Below are positions 10,754-21,621 of a stretch of DNA of 64,000 nucleotides, piece by piece; positions within the stretch are counted from its first letter, which is position 1, and every line of letters begins with the position of its first letter. A program made the position numbers and the translations under genes. The stretch spans positions 100,340-164,339 of the forward strand of contig CAYIWY010000001.1 in NCBI GenBank assembly GCA_964367355.1, given 5' to 3'. This stretch comes from an uncultured Gammaproteobacteria bacterium. GTDB taxonomy: Bacteria > Patescibacteriota > Microgenomatia > Woykebacterales > RBG-16-39-9b. The notes under the pieces are model-generated. The model was not told the DNA's origin, searched no databases, and saw only the letters and a list, made by a program, of their open reading frames with translations.

Positions 10754-10954
10754 ATGAAGAAAATAGATTTACAAGGAAAAAATATTGAAGAACTAAGAAA
10801 AGATCTCAAAGACGAGCAGAAAGCTTTATTTGATCTTAAGATTGAAAACGCTTTGGGGAAATTGAAAAACGGTAAAAGTATTGGTTTTAACAAAAGACAA
10901 ATAGCTAGGCTAAAAACCGAAATTACAAACAAGGAGTTAATTAATGCGAGGTAA
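10754..10954 (+). CDS. rpmC: 50S ribosomal protein L29
   Basis: Position and size (66 aa); coiled-coil. Confidence 0.88.
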   Translation: MKKIDLQGKNIEELRKDLKDEQKALFDLKIENALGKLKNGKSIGFNKRQIARLKTEITNKELINAR

Positions 10955-11177
10955 AGTGGTTAGTACAAAAATGAATAAAACAGTAATTGTAGAAGTGGAA
11001 CGATTAGTTGTTCACCCGATCTACAAAAAAAGAGTTAAAAAAACCAATCGTTTCGCCGCACACAACGAGGTTTTAGTTAAAGTTGGTGATACTGTTGAAA
11101 TTGCAGAGACTAAGCCATATTCAAAAACTAAGAAGCATAAAGTTGTGGCGGTAATTGATACAAGGAACAAAAAATGA
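10944..11177 (+). CDS. rpsQ: 30S ribosomal protein S17
   Basis: GKVVSTKMNKTVIVEVER ... Confidence 0.93.
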   Translation: MRGKVVSTKMNKTVIVEVERLVVHPIYKKRVKKTNRFAAHNEVLVKVGDTVEIAETKPYSKTKKHKVVAVIDTRNKK

Positions 11178-11542
11178 TTCAAAATAGAGCAATGATAAAT
11201 GTAGCAGATAATAGTGGTGCAAAAATCTTACAGATGATAGGGCAACCAGGTCGAAGTCGTCAAAGGTGGGCAATTTTAGGTGAAGTGGTAACTTGTGTTG
11301 TCAAAAAAGCCGATCCAAATGGGACAGTGAAAGACGCTGAAATTGTAAAAGCAGTTTTGGTGAGAACCAGAAAAGAGAATAGACGAGTCGATGGCTCTTA
11401 TGTACGTTTTGATGATAATGCTGCCGTTATAATCGATAAAGATGGTAATCCAAAAGGAACACGTATTTTTGGACCAATTGCCAGGGAAATTCGAGACCGA
11501 GGTTTCTTAAAGATTGTTTCTTTAGCTCCGGAGGTAGTCTAA
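11174..11542 (+). CDS. rplN: 50S ribosomal protein L14
   Basis: [17 protein letters not shown]. Confidence 0.95.
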   Translation: MIQNRAMINVADNSGAKILQMIGQPGRSRQRWAILGEVVTCVVKKADPNGTVKDAEIVKAVLVRTRKENRRVDGSYVRFDDNAAVIIDKDGNPKGTRIFGPIAREIRDRGFLKIVSLAPEVV

Positions 11543-11544
11543 AA

Positions 11545-11850
11545 ATGAAGCTTAAAATTGGTGATGAAGTCTTGGTTGTTTCCGGACGCGAAAAAGGAAA
11601 AAAAGGAAAAATCGAGAAAATAATACCAGATCTAAACAAGGTTGTGGTTACGGGAATAAATCTTTACAAAAAAAATAAGAAAGCCTCAGGTAGTAATCAA
11701 AAGGCAGGAATTATTGACATTATTAAACCTCTTCCTGTAGCAAACGTAATGTTTCTTTGCCCAAAGTGCAAACTGTCAGCCCGACTTGGGTTTACGGTTA
11801 AAAATAACGAAAAAAGTAGAGTTTGTAAGAAATGTGATCAGATAGTTTAG
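11545..11850 (+). CDS. rplX: 50S ribosomal protein L24 with a C-terminal CxxC...CxxC motif
   Basis: KOW domain KIGDEVLVVSGREKGKKGKI; C-terminus CPKC ... CKKC. Confidence 0.92.
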   Translation: MKLKIGDEVLVVSGREKGKKGKIEKIIPDLNKVVVTGINLYKKNKKASGSNQKAGIIDIIKPLPVANVMFLCPKCKLSARLGFTVKNNEKSRVCKKCDQIV

Positions 11851-11895
11851 AGCGGAATAAAATATCCCGCTAAAGCGTGATATAAATAATAATTT

Positions 11896-12441
11896 ATGAA
11901 AGTCTTGGAAAAATACGAAAGCAAAGTAAAAGAAAACCTAAGCAAAAACTTTTCAATAAGCAATATTTTTGCATTGCCAAAAATTGACAAAGTAGTTTTA
12001 AACGTTGGTTTTGGCAAATCAAGTTCTGATGATAAAGCTATAGAGCAAATAGCCAGTGATTTAAACAAAATAACTGGCCAAAAACCATCAGTTCGCAAAG
12101 CACGAAAAGCAATAGCGGCCTTTAAGTTAAGAGCCGGCCAACCAATCGGTGCTCAGGTTACTTTACGAAAAAAGAAAATGTACGACTTTTTGGATAAACT
12201 AACGGCAATAGTTTTACCAAGAGTTCGTGATTTTCGCGGCGTTTCCGAAAAATCCTTTGATGGTAGAGGCAACTACACACTTGGGTTTCGGGAAATTAAT
12301 GTCTTTCCTGAAATTGAGTACACAAAGAACGATAAGCAAAATGGGGTGGAAATAACAATAGTAACTAGCGCAAAAAATGATGAAATAGCTAAAGCATTGT
12401 TGGAAGGAATTGGTATTCCTTTCCGAAAGGCACAAGAATAA
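11896..12441 (+). CDS. rplE: 50S ribosomal protein L5
   Basis: L5 signature. Confidence 0.93.
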   Translation: MKVLEKYESKVKENLSKNFSISNIFALPKIDKVVLNVGFGKSSSDDKAIEQIASDLNKITGQKPSVRKARKAIAAFKLRAGQPIGAQVTLRKKKMYDFLDKLTAIVLPRVRDFRGVSEKSFDGRGNYTLGFREINVFPEIEYTKNDKQNGVEITIVTSAKNDEIAKALLEGIGIPFRKAQE

Positions 12442-12626
12442 TGGCTAGATTGGCAATGATAGTAAAAGCAAATAAACCGTCTAAATTCCCAGTTCGGGAC
12501 AAAAACCGCTGCAGTCAATGCGGACGTTCTCGAGCCTATATTAGAAAATTTGGAGTTTGCCGAATATGTTTTCGACAACTTGCCCACAAAGGAGAATTAC
12601 CAGGTGTAATTAAAGCCAGTTGGTAA
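12441..12626 (+). CDS. rpsN: 30S ribosomal protein S14, type Z (zinc-binding, 61 aa)
   Basis: [22 protein letters not shown]. Confidence 0.93.
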   Translation: MARLAMIVKANKPSKFPVRDKNRCSQCGRSRAYIRKFGVCRICFRQLAHKGELPGVIKASW

Positions 12627-12656
12627 CATAATTATCAATTATTTAAGAGGAAAAAG

Positions 12657-13046
12657 ATGACAGACCCAATTGCAGACATGTTAACAATAATTAGAAACGG
12701 ATACGCTGCTTCGAAGGAAGAAGTTACTGTGCCGTTTTCAAAATTAAAAAAAACCCTTGCTGATAAACTTTTGGCGATTGGTTATCTTGATTCTGTAAAG
12801 GAAGATAAAGTGAATGAAAGAAAAACTATTCGTATTGGTTTGAAATATGAAAAAGGCGAACCTGAAATTCAAGGTATTAAGAGAATTTCTAAACCTGGTC
12901 TAAGAATTTATCGTGGTAAAACCAAGATTCCTTATGTTTTAGGAGGTTTAGGTTATGCGATTATTTCTACCAGTGAAGGTTTGCTTACTGATCAAGAAGC
13001 AAGAAAAAAACAAGTGGGCGGAGAAATTATTTGTGAGGTTTGGTAA
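12657..13046 (+). CDS. rpsH: 30S ribosomal protein S8
   Basis: TDPIADMLTIIRN. Confidence 0.95.
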   Translation: MTDPIADMLTIIRNGYAASKEEVTVPFSKLKKTLADKLLAIGYLDSVKEDKVNERKTIRIGLKYEKGEPEIQGIKRISKPGLRIYRGKTKIPYVLGGLGYAIISTSEGLLTDQEARKKQVGGEIICEVW

Positions 13047-13057
13047 GGAAAAATAAG

Positions 13058-13600
13058 ATGAGTAAAATCGGTAAACTACCAATTAAATACGAAAACAACG
13101 CTCAAGTTTTACTTGAAAGAAATAATCTTAAAGTTACTGGACCGAAAGGTACTTTAGAGTTAAATCTCCCAGGTGAAGTTAAAGTAAACATTAAAGATAA
13201 TGTGATTTCTGTTGTTCGAAAAGATGACGCTGACAGATCAAAAGCAATGCATGGTTTAATTAGAACTTTAATTGCAAATATGATTGAAGGAGTGACCAAA
13301 GGTTACGAAAAAACACTGGAGATTTCTGGGGTGGGTTTTCGCTCTGCGGTCCAAGGATCAAAACTAGTTTTAACCGTAGGTTACTCTCATCAGGTTGAGA
13401 TTGAAGCGCCAGAAGGAATTACTTTTCGTACAAATGAAAACAAAATTACCGTTTCTGGTTTCGATAAACAATTGGTAGGAGAAATGGCAAGTAAAATAAG
13501 GAAAGTAAGACCAGCAGAACCCTACAAAGGAAAAGGAATAAAATACGAAGGTGAGGTTATTAGACGAAAGGCTGGTAAAGCTGGAAAGGCTGCGGCATAA
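13058..13600 (+). CDS. rplF: 50S ribosomal protein L6. The start is at 13058 (MSKIGKLPI).
   Basis: L6 signature; the SD aaggaaaaa lies upstream. Confidence 0.92.
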   Translation: MSKIGKLPIKYENNAQVLLERNNLKVTGPKGTLELNLPGEVKVNIKDNVISVVRKDDADRSKAMHGLIRTLIANMIEGVTKGYEKTLEISGVGFRSAVQGSKLVLTVGYSHQVEIEAPEGITFRTNENKITVSGFDKQLVGEMASKIRKVRPAEPYKGKGIKYEGEVIRRKAGKAGKAAA

Positions 13601-13603
13601 AAA

Positions 13604-13951
13604 ATGAAAAATTCAAAAATTAGGTTAGAAAAAAGACATTTAAAAATAAGAAGTATTATTAAAGGAACAAAGGATCGTCCAAGATTTGTAGTTTTTCGTT
13701 CTAATGCTCATATTTATGGAATGTTAGTTGACGATAAAACCGGTAAGACAGTAATTTCTGTTGCAGATAAGACGATAACTAAAAAAGACTTAACAAAAAC
13801 AGAAAAAGCCAAAGAAGTTGGGAAATTGGTTGCAGAAAAAGCCGCCAAAGAAAAAATAAAAAATGTGGTTTTTGATCGAGCCGGTTATTTGTATCATGGG
13901 CGAGTAAAAGCTTTAGCAGAAGGTGCTAGAGAGGGAGGATTGAAATTTTAA
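13604..13951 (+). CDS. rplR: 50S ribosomal protein L18
   Basis: Position and signature. Confidence 0.9.
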   Translation: MKNSKIRLEKRHLKIRSIIKGTKDRPRFVVFRSNAHIYGMLVDDKTGKTVISVADKTITKKDLTKTEKAKEVGKLVAEKAAKEKIKNVVFDRAGYLYHGRVKALAEGAREGGLKF

Positions 13952-14499
13952 TGGATTTTAGAAGACCAATGGATAATTATTATCAAGACAGCGAATTTCA
14001 GGAAAAAATAATTCAAGTTAGTCGCGTTTCGAAAAAAACTAAAGGAGGAAACAAAATTGGTTTTTCAGTACTTGTTGTCGTTGGTGATAGAAAAGGTCAA
14101 GTTGGAGTTGGTTTGGGAAAATCACCAGAAGTTCAATCTTCGATAAAAAAAGCGGTTACTTATGCAAAAAAGCATTTGATCACAGTGCCGATGAATGGTA
14201 CTACAATCCCTCATCCAGTGAATATTAAACTGGGAGCAGCAAAAATAATGTTGAAGCCAGCTTCACCTGGGACTGGAGTTATTGCTGGAGGTGCTGTACG
14301 GGCGGTGACTGAGGCGGCTGGAATTCACGATATCCTTTCGAAAGTATTGGGAACTTCCAACAAAGCATCAAATGTTTATGCAACTCTTGCTGCGTTGAAA
14401 AGTTTACGTCCGGTTGAGGATTTGAAAATAAGAAGAGGAAAAAAGTTAGGAGAACAAGACAGAAAAAGTCAAAAAGACAAAGTTGAAGTCAAGGAATAA
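13951..14499 (+). CDS. rpsE: 30S ribosomal protein S5
   Basis: [24 protein letters not shown]. Confidence 0.94.
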   Translation: MDFRRPMDNYYQDSEFQEKIIQVSRVSKKTKGGNKIGFSVLVVVGDRKGQVGVGLGKSPEVQSSIKKAVTYAKKHLITVPMNGTTIPHPVNIKLGAAKIMLKPASPGTGVIAGGAVRAVTEAAGIHDILSKVLGTSNKASNVYATLAALKSLRPVEDLKIRRGKKLGEQDRKSQKDKVEVKE

Positions 14500-14502
14500 C
14501 CT

Positions 14503-14973
14503 ATGGAATTAAACGAAATTTTAAAAATTAAAGGTACCCCAACTAAAAGAGTCGGACGTGGCGAGTCTTCTGGAAAAGGTAAAACTTCAGGAAAAGGTAA
14601 CAAAGGTCAGAAAGCCAGGGGTCGTGGAAAAGTTAGGCTTGGTTTTGAAGGCGGGCAGCTACCTTTAATTAAAAGGTTACCTTTTCGACGTGGGGTTGGA
14701 AATCATTTGGCAAAAAAGACTTTGACAATAACTCTTGACCAACTTTCAGTTTTTGATTCTGGCGATGTAGTCGACCCAAAAAGCTTAATCAAGAAAGGCC
14801 TATTGAAAAAATCTGCACGACCTGATTTTATTCGAGTTGTAGCTAAAGGGGAAATTGATAAGCCGTTAACTATAAAGGTAAGTTATACTAAAACAGCAAA
14901 AATAGCGATAGAAAAAGCCAAAGGAAATGTAGAAGCTATCAAGGAAGAAAAAGAGGAACAGATAAATGCTTAA
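14503..14973 (+). CDS. rplO: 50S ribosomal protein L15. It directly follows rpsE, so no L30 gene is present.
   Basis: L15 signature; 3-nt gap after rpsE. Confidence 0.92.
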   Translation: MELNEILKIKGTPTKRVGRGESSGKGKTSGKGNKGQKARGRGKVRLGFEGGQLPLIKRLPFRRGVGNHLAKKTLTITLDQLSVFDSGDVVDPKSLIKKGLLKKSARPDFIRVVAKGEIDKPLTIKVSYTKTAKIAIEKAKGNVEAIKEEKEEQINA

Positions 14974-16249
14974 AACCTTTCGGGATATTCTCCGAACTCC
15001 AGACTTAAGATATAAAATTCTTTTCACAGTTGGTATTATTTTTGTTTTTCGCCTGGCAGCTCATATTCCAGTTCCGGGTGTTGATCCCAGCGCTTTGAAA
15101 AATTTGTTTTCAGGCAACCAACTTTTAGAACTTTTGGATTTATTTTCCGGGGGTACATTATTTAATTTTTCGATTATTGCTTTAGGCTTAAATCCATATA
15201 TTAATGCCTCGATTGTGATGCAGTTACTTGGAATTATGGTTCCTAAACTTGAAGCACTCCAAAAAGAGGGTGAGTACGGTAGAGCCAAGATCAATCAATA
15301 CACTCGTTATCTGACAGTGCCCTTGGCTTTAGTACAGTCTTTTGCAGTTATTACATTCCTTAAACGAAGCAGCACAGGTGTTATCGGAAATTTAAGCCCC
15401 CTAGAGATGATTGCTGTTATGCTGACTATGACGGCCGGAACAATAATGCTTATGTGGCTAGGTGAACTGATAACTGAGCAAGGTATTGGGAACGGTATTT
15501 CGGTTTTGATATTTGTCGGGATAGTTGGTAGTATGCCGGTTTCGTTTTTTAGGGCAGGTGGGCTGATAACTGCGGATAATATTCTAACTTATGCGGCAGT
15601 ACTGGTTGCTGCCCTGGTGATAATTATGGGTGTTGTGGTTGGAAGCGAGGGGTTAAGAAAAATTCCTGTGCAATATGCAAGACGTGTTCGCGGTAACCGT
15701 TTATATGGGGGTCAAACGACGTTTCTACCTTTGAAGGTGAACCAGGCGGGAGTAATTCCGATTATTTTCGCTGTCTCTTTGGTTTTAATACCCGGAGTTG
15801 TCGGTACTTTTTTGAGTAATTACCCTAATATTCAGATTAAGAACTTTGCAGATGCCTTAGTTAATTTTTCTCGTAATGTGCCACTTTATAGCGGTGTTTA
15901 TTTCTTTTTGGTGGTTGTTTTTACTTATTTTTACACCTCGGTAATATTCAATCCAACTAAGGTTTCGGATGAAATTAAGAAATATGGTGGTTTTATTCCA
16001 GGAATTAGACCGGGTAAGGCTACGGCGGACTATTTATCTTTCATAGTCAACCGTATTACTTTGGTCGGAGCAGTTTTTCTTGGGTCAATTGCAGTTATGC
16101 CTTTTATTTTACAAGAAATTACCAAGATCAGTGTTTTGGCTGTCGGAGGAACAGGACTTTTGATTGTCGTTTCTGTAGTTCTAGAAACAGCCAAACAACT
16201 AGAGTCACAACTAGTTATGCGTTCTTATGAAGGTTTTTTAAATAAGTAA
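14966..16249 (+). CDS. secY: Preprotein translocase SecY
   Basis: 10-TM SecY; 427 aa. Confidence 0.95.
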   Translation: MLKTFRDILRTPDLRYKILFTVGIIFVFRLAAHIPVPGVDPSALKNLFSGNQLLELLDLFSGGTLFNFSIIALGLNPYINASIVMQLLGIMVPKLEALQKEGEYGRAKINQYTRYLTVPLALVQSFAVITFLKRSSTGVIGNLSPLEMIAVMLTMTAGTIMLMWLGELITEQGIGNGISVLIFVGIVGSMPVSFFRAGGLITADNILTYAAVLVAALVIIMGVVVGSEGLRKIPVQYARRVRGNRLYGGQTTFLPLKVNQAGVIPIIFAVSLVLIPGVVGTFLSNYPNIQIKNFADALVNFSRNVPLYSGVYFFLVVVFTYFYTSVIFNPTKVSDEIKKYGGFIPGIRPGKATADYLSFIVNRITLVGAVFLGSIAVMPFILQEITKISVLAVGGTGLLIVVSVVLETAKQLESQLVMRSYEGFLNK

Positions 16250-16258
16250 CTTACCAAA

Positions 16259-16804
16259 ATGATTGTACTTGTTTTTGGGATTCAAGGTAGCGGTAAAAGT
16301 ACACACGCACATTTTATTGCGAATAAATTAAATATTCCTTACGTTTCAACTGGCGATCTTCTTCGAGAGATTGAAAAAGAACCAACTGAAACTGGGAAAA
16401 AAGTAAGATCCTTGATGGAAAAAGGAATGATAATACCTGACGAGATCACAGTACCAGCTTTGGAGAATTATTTAAGGGAAAATAATTTCGACGATAATTT
16501 TTTAATCGAAGGTTTTCCAAGAACAATGAAGCAGGTTGAAATGCTTAATCGAAAAGTCGATCTGGTATTTGAGATAGTTGTCCCGGAAGAAATAGCAATT
16601 AAGAGGTTAAAAGAACGAGGTCGGTATGATGATATTGAAGATTCGATAAAAACAAGATTAGAACTTTTTAAAGAGAAGACGTTGCCGGTAATAGAGCATT
16701 ACAAAAAAAGTGGGACTAAGGTACAAATCGTAAATAACGATAAAAGTATTGTAGAAGTTCAGAAAGAAATAGATGAGTTACTCAAAGACAAAACAAGAAA
16801 TTGA
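16259..16804 (+). CDS. adk: Adenylate kinase, short form without a zinc lid
   Basis: GIQGSGKST P-loop. Confidence 0.9.
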   Translation: MIVLVFGIQGSGKSTHAHFIANKLNIPYVSTGDLLREIEKEPTETGKKVRSLMEKGMIIPDEITVPALENYLRENNFDDNFLIEGFPRTMKQVEMLNRKVDLVFEIVVPEEIAIKRLKERGRYDDIEDSIKTRLELFKEKTLPVIEHYKKSGTKVQIVNNDKSIVEVQKEIDELLKDKTRN

Positions 16805-17519
16805 GTTGATACGAAAAGCCGGTAACATCAGCGCTCAGGCGATGGTAGAAGTTGAGAAAAAACTCAAACCAGGAGTAAGAACTTTGGAAATAGATCAAGC
16901 AGTTGAGGAAATTTTTAAGAAGAATGGGGCAGAAAGCGCTTTTAAAAAAGTAAATAAGTATAAATATAGTATCTGTGCCACACCAAATGATTGGGTTGTA
17001 CATGGATTACCAGATAAAGATAAACTTGAGAACGGTGATATAGTTGGTATTGATCTTGGAGCACTTTACAAAGGTTATAACTCTGATATGGCTCAAACAT
17101 TTGTTATTGGAAGTGTGCCAGAGGCAACCAGAAAATTTTTAGAAGTTGGTGAACGTACGCTTTGGAAAGCTATTGATCAAGCAAGAATCGGTAATCACAT
17201 TGGCGATATTAGCGCAACAATTCAGGCAAATATTGAGTCTTGTGGGTATAGTGTGGTTCGTGAGCTTGTTGGACATGGGGTTGGAAAAGAATTGCACGAA
17301 GATCCGATGATACCTGGGATTGGAAATAAAGGTAAAGGTGAATTAATTAAAGAAGGCTTAGTTATTGCTGTAGAAATTATTTATAATCAAGGCAAACCGC
17401 AGATAGTTCTTTTAGACGACGGTTGGACAATTGCAACTCGCGACGGATCTTTAAGTGGTTTATTTGAGAGAACAATTGTAGTAACAAAGAAAGGGCCTGT
17501 AGTGTTGACGGCTGTTTAG
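16773..17519 (+). CDS. map: Methionine aminopeptidase type I
   Basis: M24A family motifs. Confidence 0.9.
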   Translation: MSYSKTKQEIELIRKAGNISAQAMVEVEKKLKPGVRTLEIDQAVEEIFKKNGAESAFKKVNKYKYSICATPNDWVVHGLPDKDKLENGDIVGIDLGALYKGYNSDMAQTFVIGSVPEATRKFLEVGERTLWKAIDQARIGNHIGDISATIQANIESCGYSVVRELVGHGVGKELHEDPMIPGIGNKGKGELIKEGLVIAVEIIYNQGKPQIVLLDDGWTIATRDGSLSGLFERTIVVTKKGPVVLTAV

Positions 17520-17560
17520 CTTTCTGTTAAAATAAACGCCGCACAACCAAAAGGTAAGTA

Positions 17561-17797
17561 ATGCCAGAAGATAATATTGAAATAACTGGAAAAGTGCTGG
17601 AATCTCTTCCCAATACTCAATTTAGGGTTGAAATAGGGAAAACTGCTCCAGAAGGATTAGCTGGACAAGTAATTCTTTGCCATATTGCGGGAAAAATGCG
17701 TATGAATTATATCCGTATTTTACCTGGAGATAAGGTGAGGGTTCAGATAAGTCCTTATGATTTAACAAAAGGACGAATTACTTATCGGGAAAGATAG
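17561..17797 (+). CDS. infA: Translation initiation factor IF-1
   Basis: S1-like fold; [20 protein letters not shown]. Confidence 0.9.
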   Translation: MPEDNIEITGKVLESLPNTQFRVEIGKTAPEGLAGQVILCHIAGKMRMNYIRILPGDKVRVQISPYDLTKGRITYRER

Positions 17798-17906
17798 AAA
17801 ATGTCGGTTTATATCGATCAGTATGAAGTTTATTAAAAACAAAATATTATTATATTACGATCGATATTTTTTAACTAAGAATCGTAGAATCTAAGGTTGT
17901 TAAAAC

Positions 17907-18020
17907 ATGAAAGTACAAGCTTCAATTAAAAAAAGATGTATGAAATGCAAAATCGTCAAAAGACGAGGTACTTTATTTGTTATTTGTGAAAACCCCCGTC
18001 ACAAACAAAGACAAGGTTAA
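17907..18020 (+). CDS. rpmJ: 50S ribosomal protein L36 (37 aa). It is not in the ORF track.
   Basis: [37 protein letters not shown]. Confidence 0.93.
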   Translation: MKVQASIKKRCMKCKIVKRRGTLFVICENPRHKQRQG

Positions 18021-18023
18021 GCT

Positions 18024-18449
18024 ATGGCTAGAATAAGTGGTGTGGATTTACCAACAAATAAAAAAGTTCTGTTTGCCCTACCTTATATTTTTGGGGTTGG
18101 TCCCTCTCTTTCTAAAAAGATTCTCGAAGAAACTAAGGTTGATCCTGACAAGAGAGTCAAGAATTTAGAAGAAGCAGAAGTATCAAAGATACAAAAAAAA
18201 GTTGATGAAATAATTGTCGAAGGAGATTTGCGAAGAAACATCCAACAGAATATCCGCCGTTTGGAAGAGATTGGAACCTATCGAGGTTTACGGCACAGAA
18301 AAAACCTACCGGCTCGAGGACAGAGAACCAGAAGTAATGCAAGAACTAAAAGAGGAAAAAGATTGACTGTTGGAGCAATAAAGAAGGAGGTCGCTCAAAA
18401 GATGGAAGTAGCCGCTAAAAAAGACGCGAGTTCAGCAGCGGCTAAGTAA
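18024..18449 (+). CDS. rpsM: 30S ribosomal protein S13
   Basis: MARISGVDLP. Confidence 0.95.
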   Translation: MARISGVDLPTNKKVLFALPYIFGVGPSLSKKILEETKVDPDKRVKNLEEAEVSKIQKKVDEIIVEGDLRRNIQQNIRRLEEIGTYRGLRHRKNLPARGQRTRSNARTKRGKRLTVGAIKKEVAQKMEVAAKKDASSAAAK

Positions 18450-18535
18450 TATTTATTTAATAAATTATACCTACGCTCGCGCGTGATGTAATTTAAAACC
18501 AGAAATAATAAAATTGATAGCAGAAATTTTTAATT

Positions 18536-18910
18536 ATGGAAAAGAAAAGAAAAACAATTAAAGAAGTAGTCAGCGGAAAAGTTTATGTTAACGCTACTTT
18601 CAATAATACTTTAGTTACCATCACTGATCTTGATGGTAATGCTTTGGGTTGGAGTAGTTCAGGAGCAGTTGGGTTTAAAGGTGCTAGGAAAGCAACTCCG
18701 TACGCGGCTACAACTGCGGTAGAAAACTTAGCTAGAAAGCTTATGGTCCATGGGTTAAAAGAGGTAGAAGTTTTTATTAAGGGCCCAGGTTCTGGCAGGG
18801 ATGCTTCAATCAGAGCACTGAAAAATTCAGGGTTGGCGATAAAAGCGATCGCTGATGTTACACCGATTCCGCATAATGGACCAAGATCAAGGAAAAGGAG
18901 AAGAGTTTAA
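18536..18910 (+). CDS. rpsK: 30S ribosomal protein S11
   Basis: S11 signature. Confidence 0.94.
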   Translation: MEKKRKTIKEVVSGKVYVNATFNNTLVTITDLDGNALGWSSSGAVGFKGARKATPYAATTAVENLARKLMVHGLKEVEVFIKGPGSGRDASIRALKNSGLAIKAIADVTPIPHNGPRSRKRRRV

Positions 18911-18916
18911 AAATAT

Positions 18917-19546
18917 ATGGCTCGTTATACTGGACCAAAATTTAGATTAGATCGACGTGAAGGCACCAACCTTTTTCTTAAGGGCAAGAGAAGTGTTTCT
19001 GGTAAACATCCTTTAGCGAAAAAAGGTGCTATTCCTCCAGGTCAACACGGTCAGAAAACTTTAAATAAGAAAAGATCTGAGTACGGTTTACAGCTTCGGG
19101 AAAAACAAAAAGTAAAAAGAATGTACGGAGTTTTGGAGCGCCAATTTAGGAAATATTACGAACAAGCCGCAAAGAAAAAAGGGGCAACTGGTGAAACATT
19201 ACTTCAGATACTGGAAACAAGATTAGATAACATTGTCTTTCGACTGAGCTTTGCCTTTTCAAGAGCTCAAGCAAGACAATTAACCACTCACGGGCATGTT
19301 TTGGTAAATGGAAAAAAGGTTAATGTCCCCTCTTTCAATGTCAAAGAAGGTGACGTGATAAGCTTAAGTGGTAAAGCCTCTGACTTTGTTTTTGTAAAAG
19401 AGACAGCAAATGAATTTGATAAAGATAAACTACCAGCTTGGTTGGACAGAAAAGGTTTGGTGGGTAATTTAAAGAAACTTCCCGTTCGGGAAGATATTGA
19501 AGCAGATATTAATGAGCAGGCAATTGTTGAGTTCTACTCTCGTTAG
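18917..19546 (+). CDS. rpsD: 30S ribosomal protein S4
   Basis: MARYTGPKFRLDRREG. Confidence 0.95.
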   Translation: MARYTGPKFRLDRREGTNLFLKGKRSVSGKHPLAKKGAIPPGQHGQKTLNKKRSEYGLQLREKQKVKRMYGVLERQFRKYYEQAAKKKGATGETLLQILETRLDNIVFRLSFAFSRAQARQLTTHGHVLVNGKKVNVPSFNVKEGDVISLSGKASDFVFVKETANEFDKDKLPAWLDRKGLVGNLKKLPVREDIEADINEQAIVEFYSR

Positions 19547-19613
19547 AGAGCAGAGGTTTTAAAGTTCTATAGCCGTTAGACTGCAGACAGTGAAATAGTC
19601 TACTCACGGTAGT

Positions 19614-19642
19614 TTTGACAATATTATTATGACTTTTTAAAG
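19614..19642 (+). promoter_or_regulatory. Possible internal promoter (TTGACA-17 nt-TAAAGT) ahead of rpoA
   Basis: ttgacaatattattatgactttttaaagt; preceded by the hairpin tagact ... agtcta. Confidence 0.3.
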
Positions 19643-19685
19643 TTTTAGAATTAACGCCCCTTTAAAAAGTTTAGGAGGTAATAAA

Positions 19686-20591
19686 ATGGTTGATCAAGTT
19701 AAAATTAGTCACGATGGAAATAACCACGAAGGGTTTATTATTATTGAACCCCTTCCACAAGGTTTAGGTATGACATTGGGTAATGCTCTGCGAAGAGTTT
19801 TGCTGTCTTCGTTGCCTGGTGCAGCGATTACTCAAGCAAAAATCGCTGGGGTTTCGCACGAGTACTCTACTATTAAAGGAGTGAAAGAAGATGTTGTTCA
19901 AATTCTACTGAATTTGAAAAAAATTCGTTTATCGATTGAGGGAGATAAACCAGTAAAATTGGAATTGGATGTAAAAGGGCCAAAAGAAGTAAAGGCTTCA
20001 GATTTGAATTTACCAGCAGGAGTAAAGGTTTCGAATCCAGATCAGGTAATTGCAACCTTAGCTGACAATAAGTCAAAACTTGAAGTCGAATTGACAGCTG
20101 AAAAAGGTGTTGGTTATGTACCCGTTGATGATCGACGTGGTTATGGGATTGGTATTATTCCACTTGATGCAAACTTCACCCCGATAACAAAAGTAAATTA
20201 CAAAGTTGAAGCAACTCGTGTTGGGCAAATAACTAATTTTGATAAACTTACCTTTGAAATTAGTACTGATGGTACTGTAACGCCAGCCGAAGCTATCAAG
20301 GAAGGGTCAAAAATACTTACTGATTACTTTACAGTTTTGGTTGAACAGAAAAAGGCGCCGAAAAAAGACAAGGAAGACGAAGTTGTAAAACCAAAAATTG
20401 ATAAATCAGCTACGATTGAGGAGCTTGAGTTATCAACAAGAATTACAAATTCTCTAAAAAATGCAGGTGTAGAAACAGTTGACGATCTTTTGAATGCTCC
20501 GAAGGAAGAATTGGTAAAGTTGAAGAATATGGGAGCAAAATCACTATCAGATATCGAGGAAAAACTTCGAGAAAAGGGATTAGTTAATTAG
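19686..20591 (+). CDS. rpoA: DNA-directed RNA polymerase alpha subunit
   Basis: N-terminal dimerisation domain plus C-terminal domain (ELELSTRITNSLKNAGVETVDDL). Confidence 0.94.
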   Translation: MVDQVKISHDGNNHEGFIIIEPLPQGLGMTLGNALRRVLLSSLPGAAITQAKIAGVSHEYSTIKGVKEDVVQILLNLKKIRLSIEGDKPVKLELDVKGPKEVKASDLNLPAGVKVSNPDQVIATLADNKSKLEVELTAEKGVGYVPVDDRRGYGIGIIPLDANFTPITKVNYKVEATRVGQITNFDKLTFEISTDGTVTPAEAIKEGSKILTDYFTVLVEQKKAPKKDKEDEVVKPKIDKSATIEELELSTRITNSLKNAGVETVDDLLNAPKEELVKLKNMGAKSLSDIEEKLREKGLVN

Positions 20592-20597
20592 GAAAAT

Positions 20598-21077
20598 ATG
20601 AGACATAGAGTTGCAGGAAAAAAATTAGGACGTACTAAAAATCAACGAACAGCACTGTTTCGTAGTTTAGCGAATAATTTAATCTTGCATGAAAAGATTG
20701 TCACAACACAGGCAAAAGCAAAAGCAGTTAAACCATTGGTCGAGAAATTAGTAACTCGAGCGAAGATAAATAGTATTCACAGCAGAAGATTGTTGATAAA
20801 GGCATTAGCATCTGAAAACACTGCTAAAAAAATGCTTGAGGTTATTGGACCGCAGTTTAAACAAAGACCGGGTGGTTATACCAAAATTATCAATCTTGGA
20901 AATCGAACCGGAGATCAAGCACCGATGGTGACGCTGATGTTTGTAGAAAATCTTAGCTCAATAAAACCAGTTAAAGTTATTGATGGTGAGAAACCTGGCA
21001 AAAAAGCAGAAAAGAAAATCGTAATTAAAAAAGAAATTAGGAAGAAACCAGAGGTTAAGAAAAAGAACAAGGAATAA
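20598..21077 (+). CDS. rplQ: 50S ribosomal protein L17 with a Lys-rich C-terminal extension
   Basis: MRHRVAGKKLGRT. Confidence 0.93.
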   Translation: MRHRVAGKKLGRTKNQRTALFRSLANNLILHEKIVTTQAKAKAVKPLVEKLVTRAKINSIHSRRLLIKALASENTAKKMLEVIGPQFKQRPGGYTKIINLGNRTGDQAPMVTLMFVENLSSIKPVKVIDGEKPGKKAEKKIVIKKEIRKKPEVKKKNKE

Positions 21078-21095
21078 TTTAACTAGTTAATTAAA

Positions 21096-21608
21096 ATGGA
21101 AAACAAAAAAGAAGTAAAAACTAAAGAATCAAAAAAAACCCTTTCTACAAAAGTGGAGGTCTCTGATTCTATAAATAAGACTAAAAGGAAAACGGTAAAG
21201 AAAACTGAAACTCCAAAGAAATGGTTTATCGTTGACGCCAAAGGTTTAGTAATTGGTAGACTTTCTACTAAAATTGCTACAATACTTCTTGGTAAAAATA
21301 AGGTTAGTTACTTGCCTTATAAAGACAGCGGGGATTATGTTGTGGTTGTAAATGCTGCTAAGGTTGCCGCAACTGGAAAAAAAGAAGACCGAAAATATTA
21401 TTATCGATACTCGGGTTATCCTGGTGGGTTAAAAACTGAAAACCTAAAGACCTTAAGAATAAGAAAACCAGAAATGATAATTGAGCATGCAGTTTCTGGA
21501 ATGTTGCCAAAAACAAAATTAGGAAAAGCAGTTATTAAGAAACTCTATATTTACCCTGGAGAAAAGCATCCTCACGAAGCTCAAAAAGCTGAGGAACTAA
21601 AGTTTTAA
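21096..21608 (+). CDS. rplM: 50S ribosomal protein L13 with a Lys-rich N-terminal extension of about 35 aa
   Basis: KWFIVDAKGLVIGRLSTKIA. Confidence 0.9.
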   Translation: MENKKEVKTKESKKTLSTKVEVSDSINKTKRKTVKKTETPKKWFIVDAKGLVIGRLSTKIATILLGKNKVSYLPYKDSGDYVVVVNAAKVAATGKKEDRKYYYRYSGYPGGLKTENLKTLRIRKPEMIIEHAVSGMLPKTKLGKAVIKKLYIYPGEKHPHEAQKAEELKF

Positions 21609-21621
21609 TAAGGACAAAGAC

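Noticed and set aside
17800-17906. Regulatory element between infA and rpmJ: inverted repeat tatatcgatc ... gatcgatat with a 40-nt AT loop and a T-run
   Set aside because: Only a single weak hairpin is present, with no conserved motif I can name. It is probably a partial terminator or spacer structure, and is noted only.
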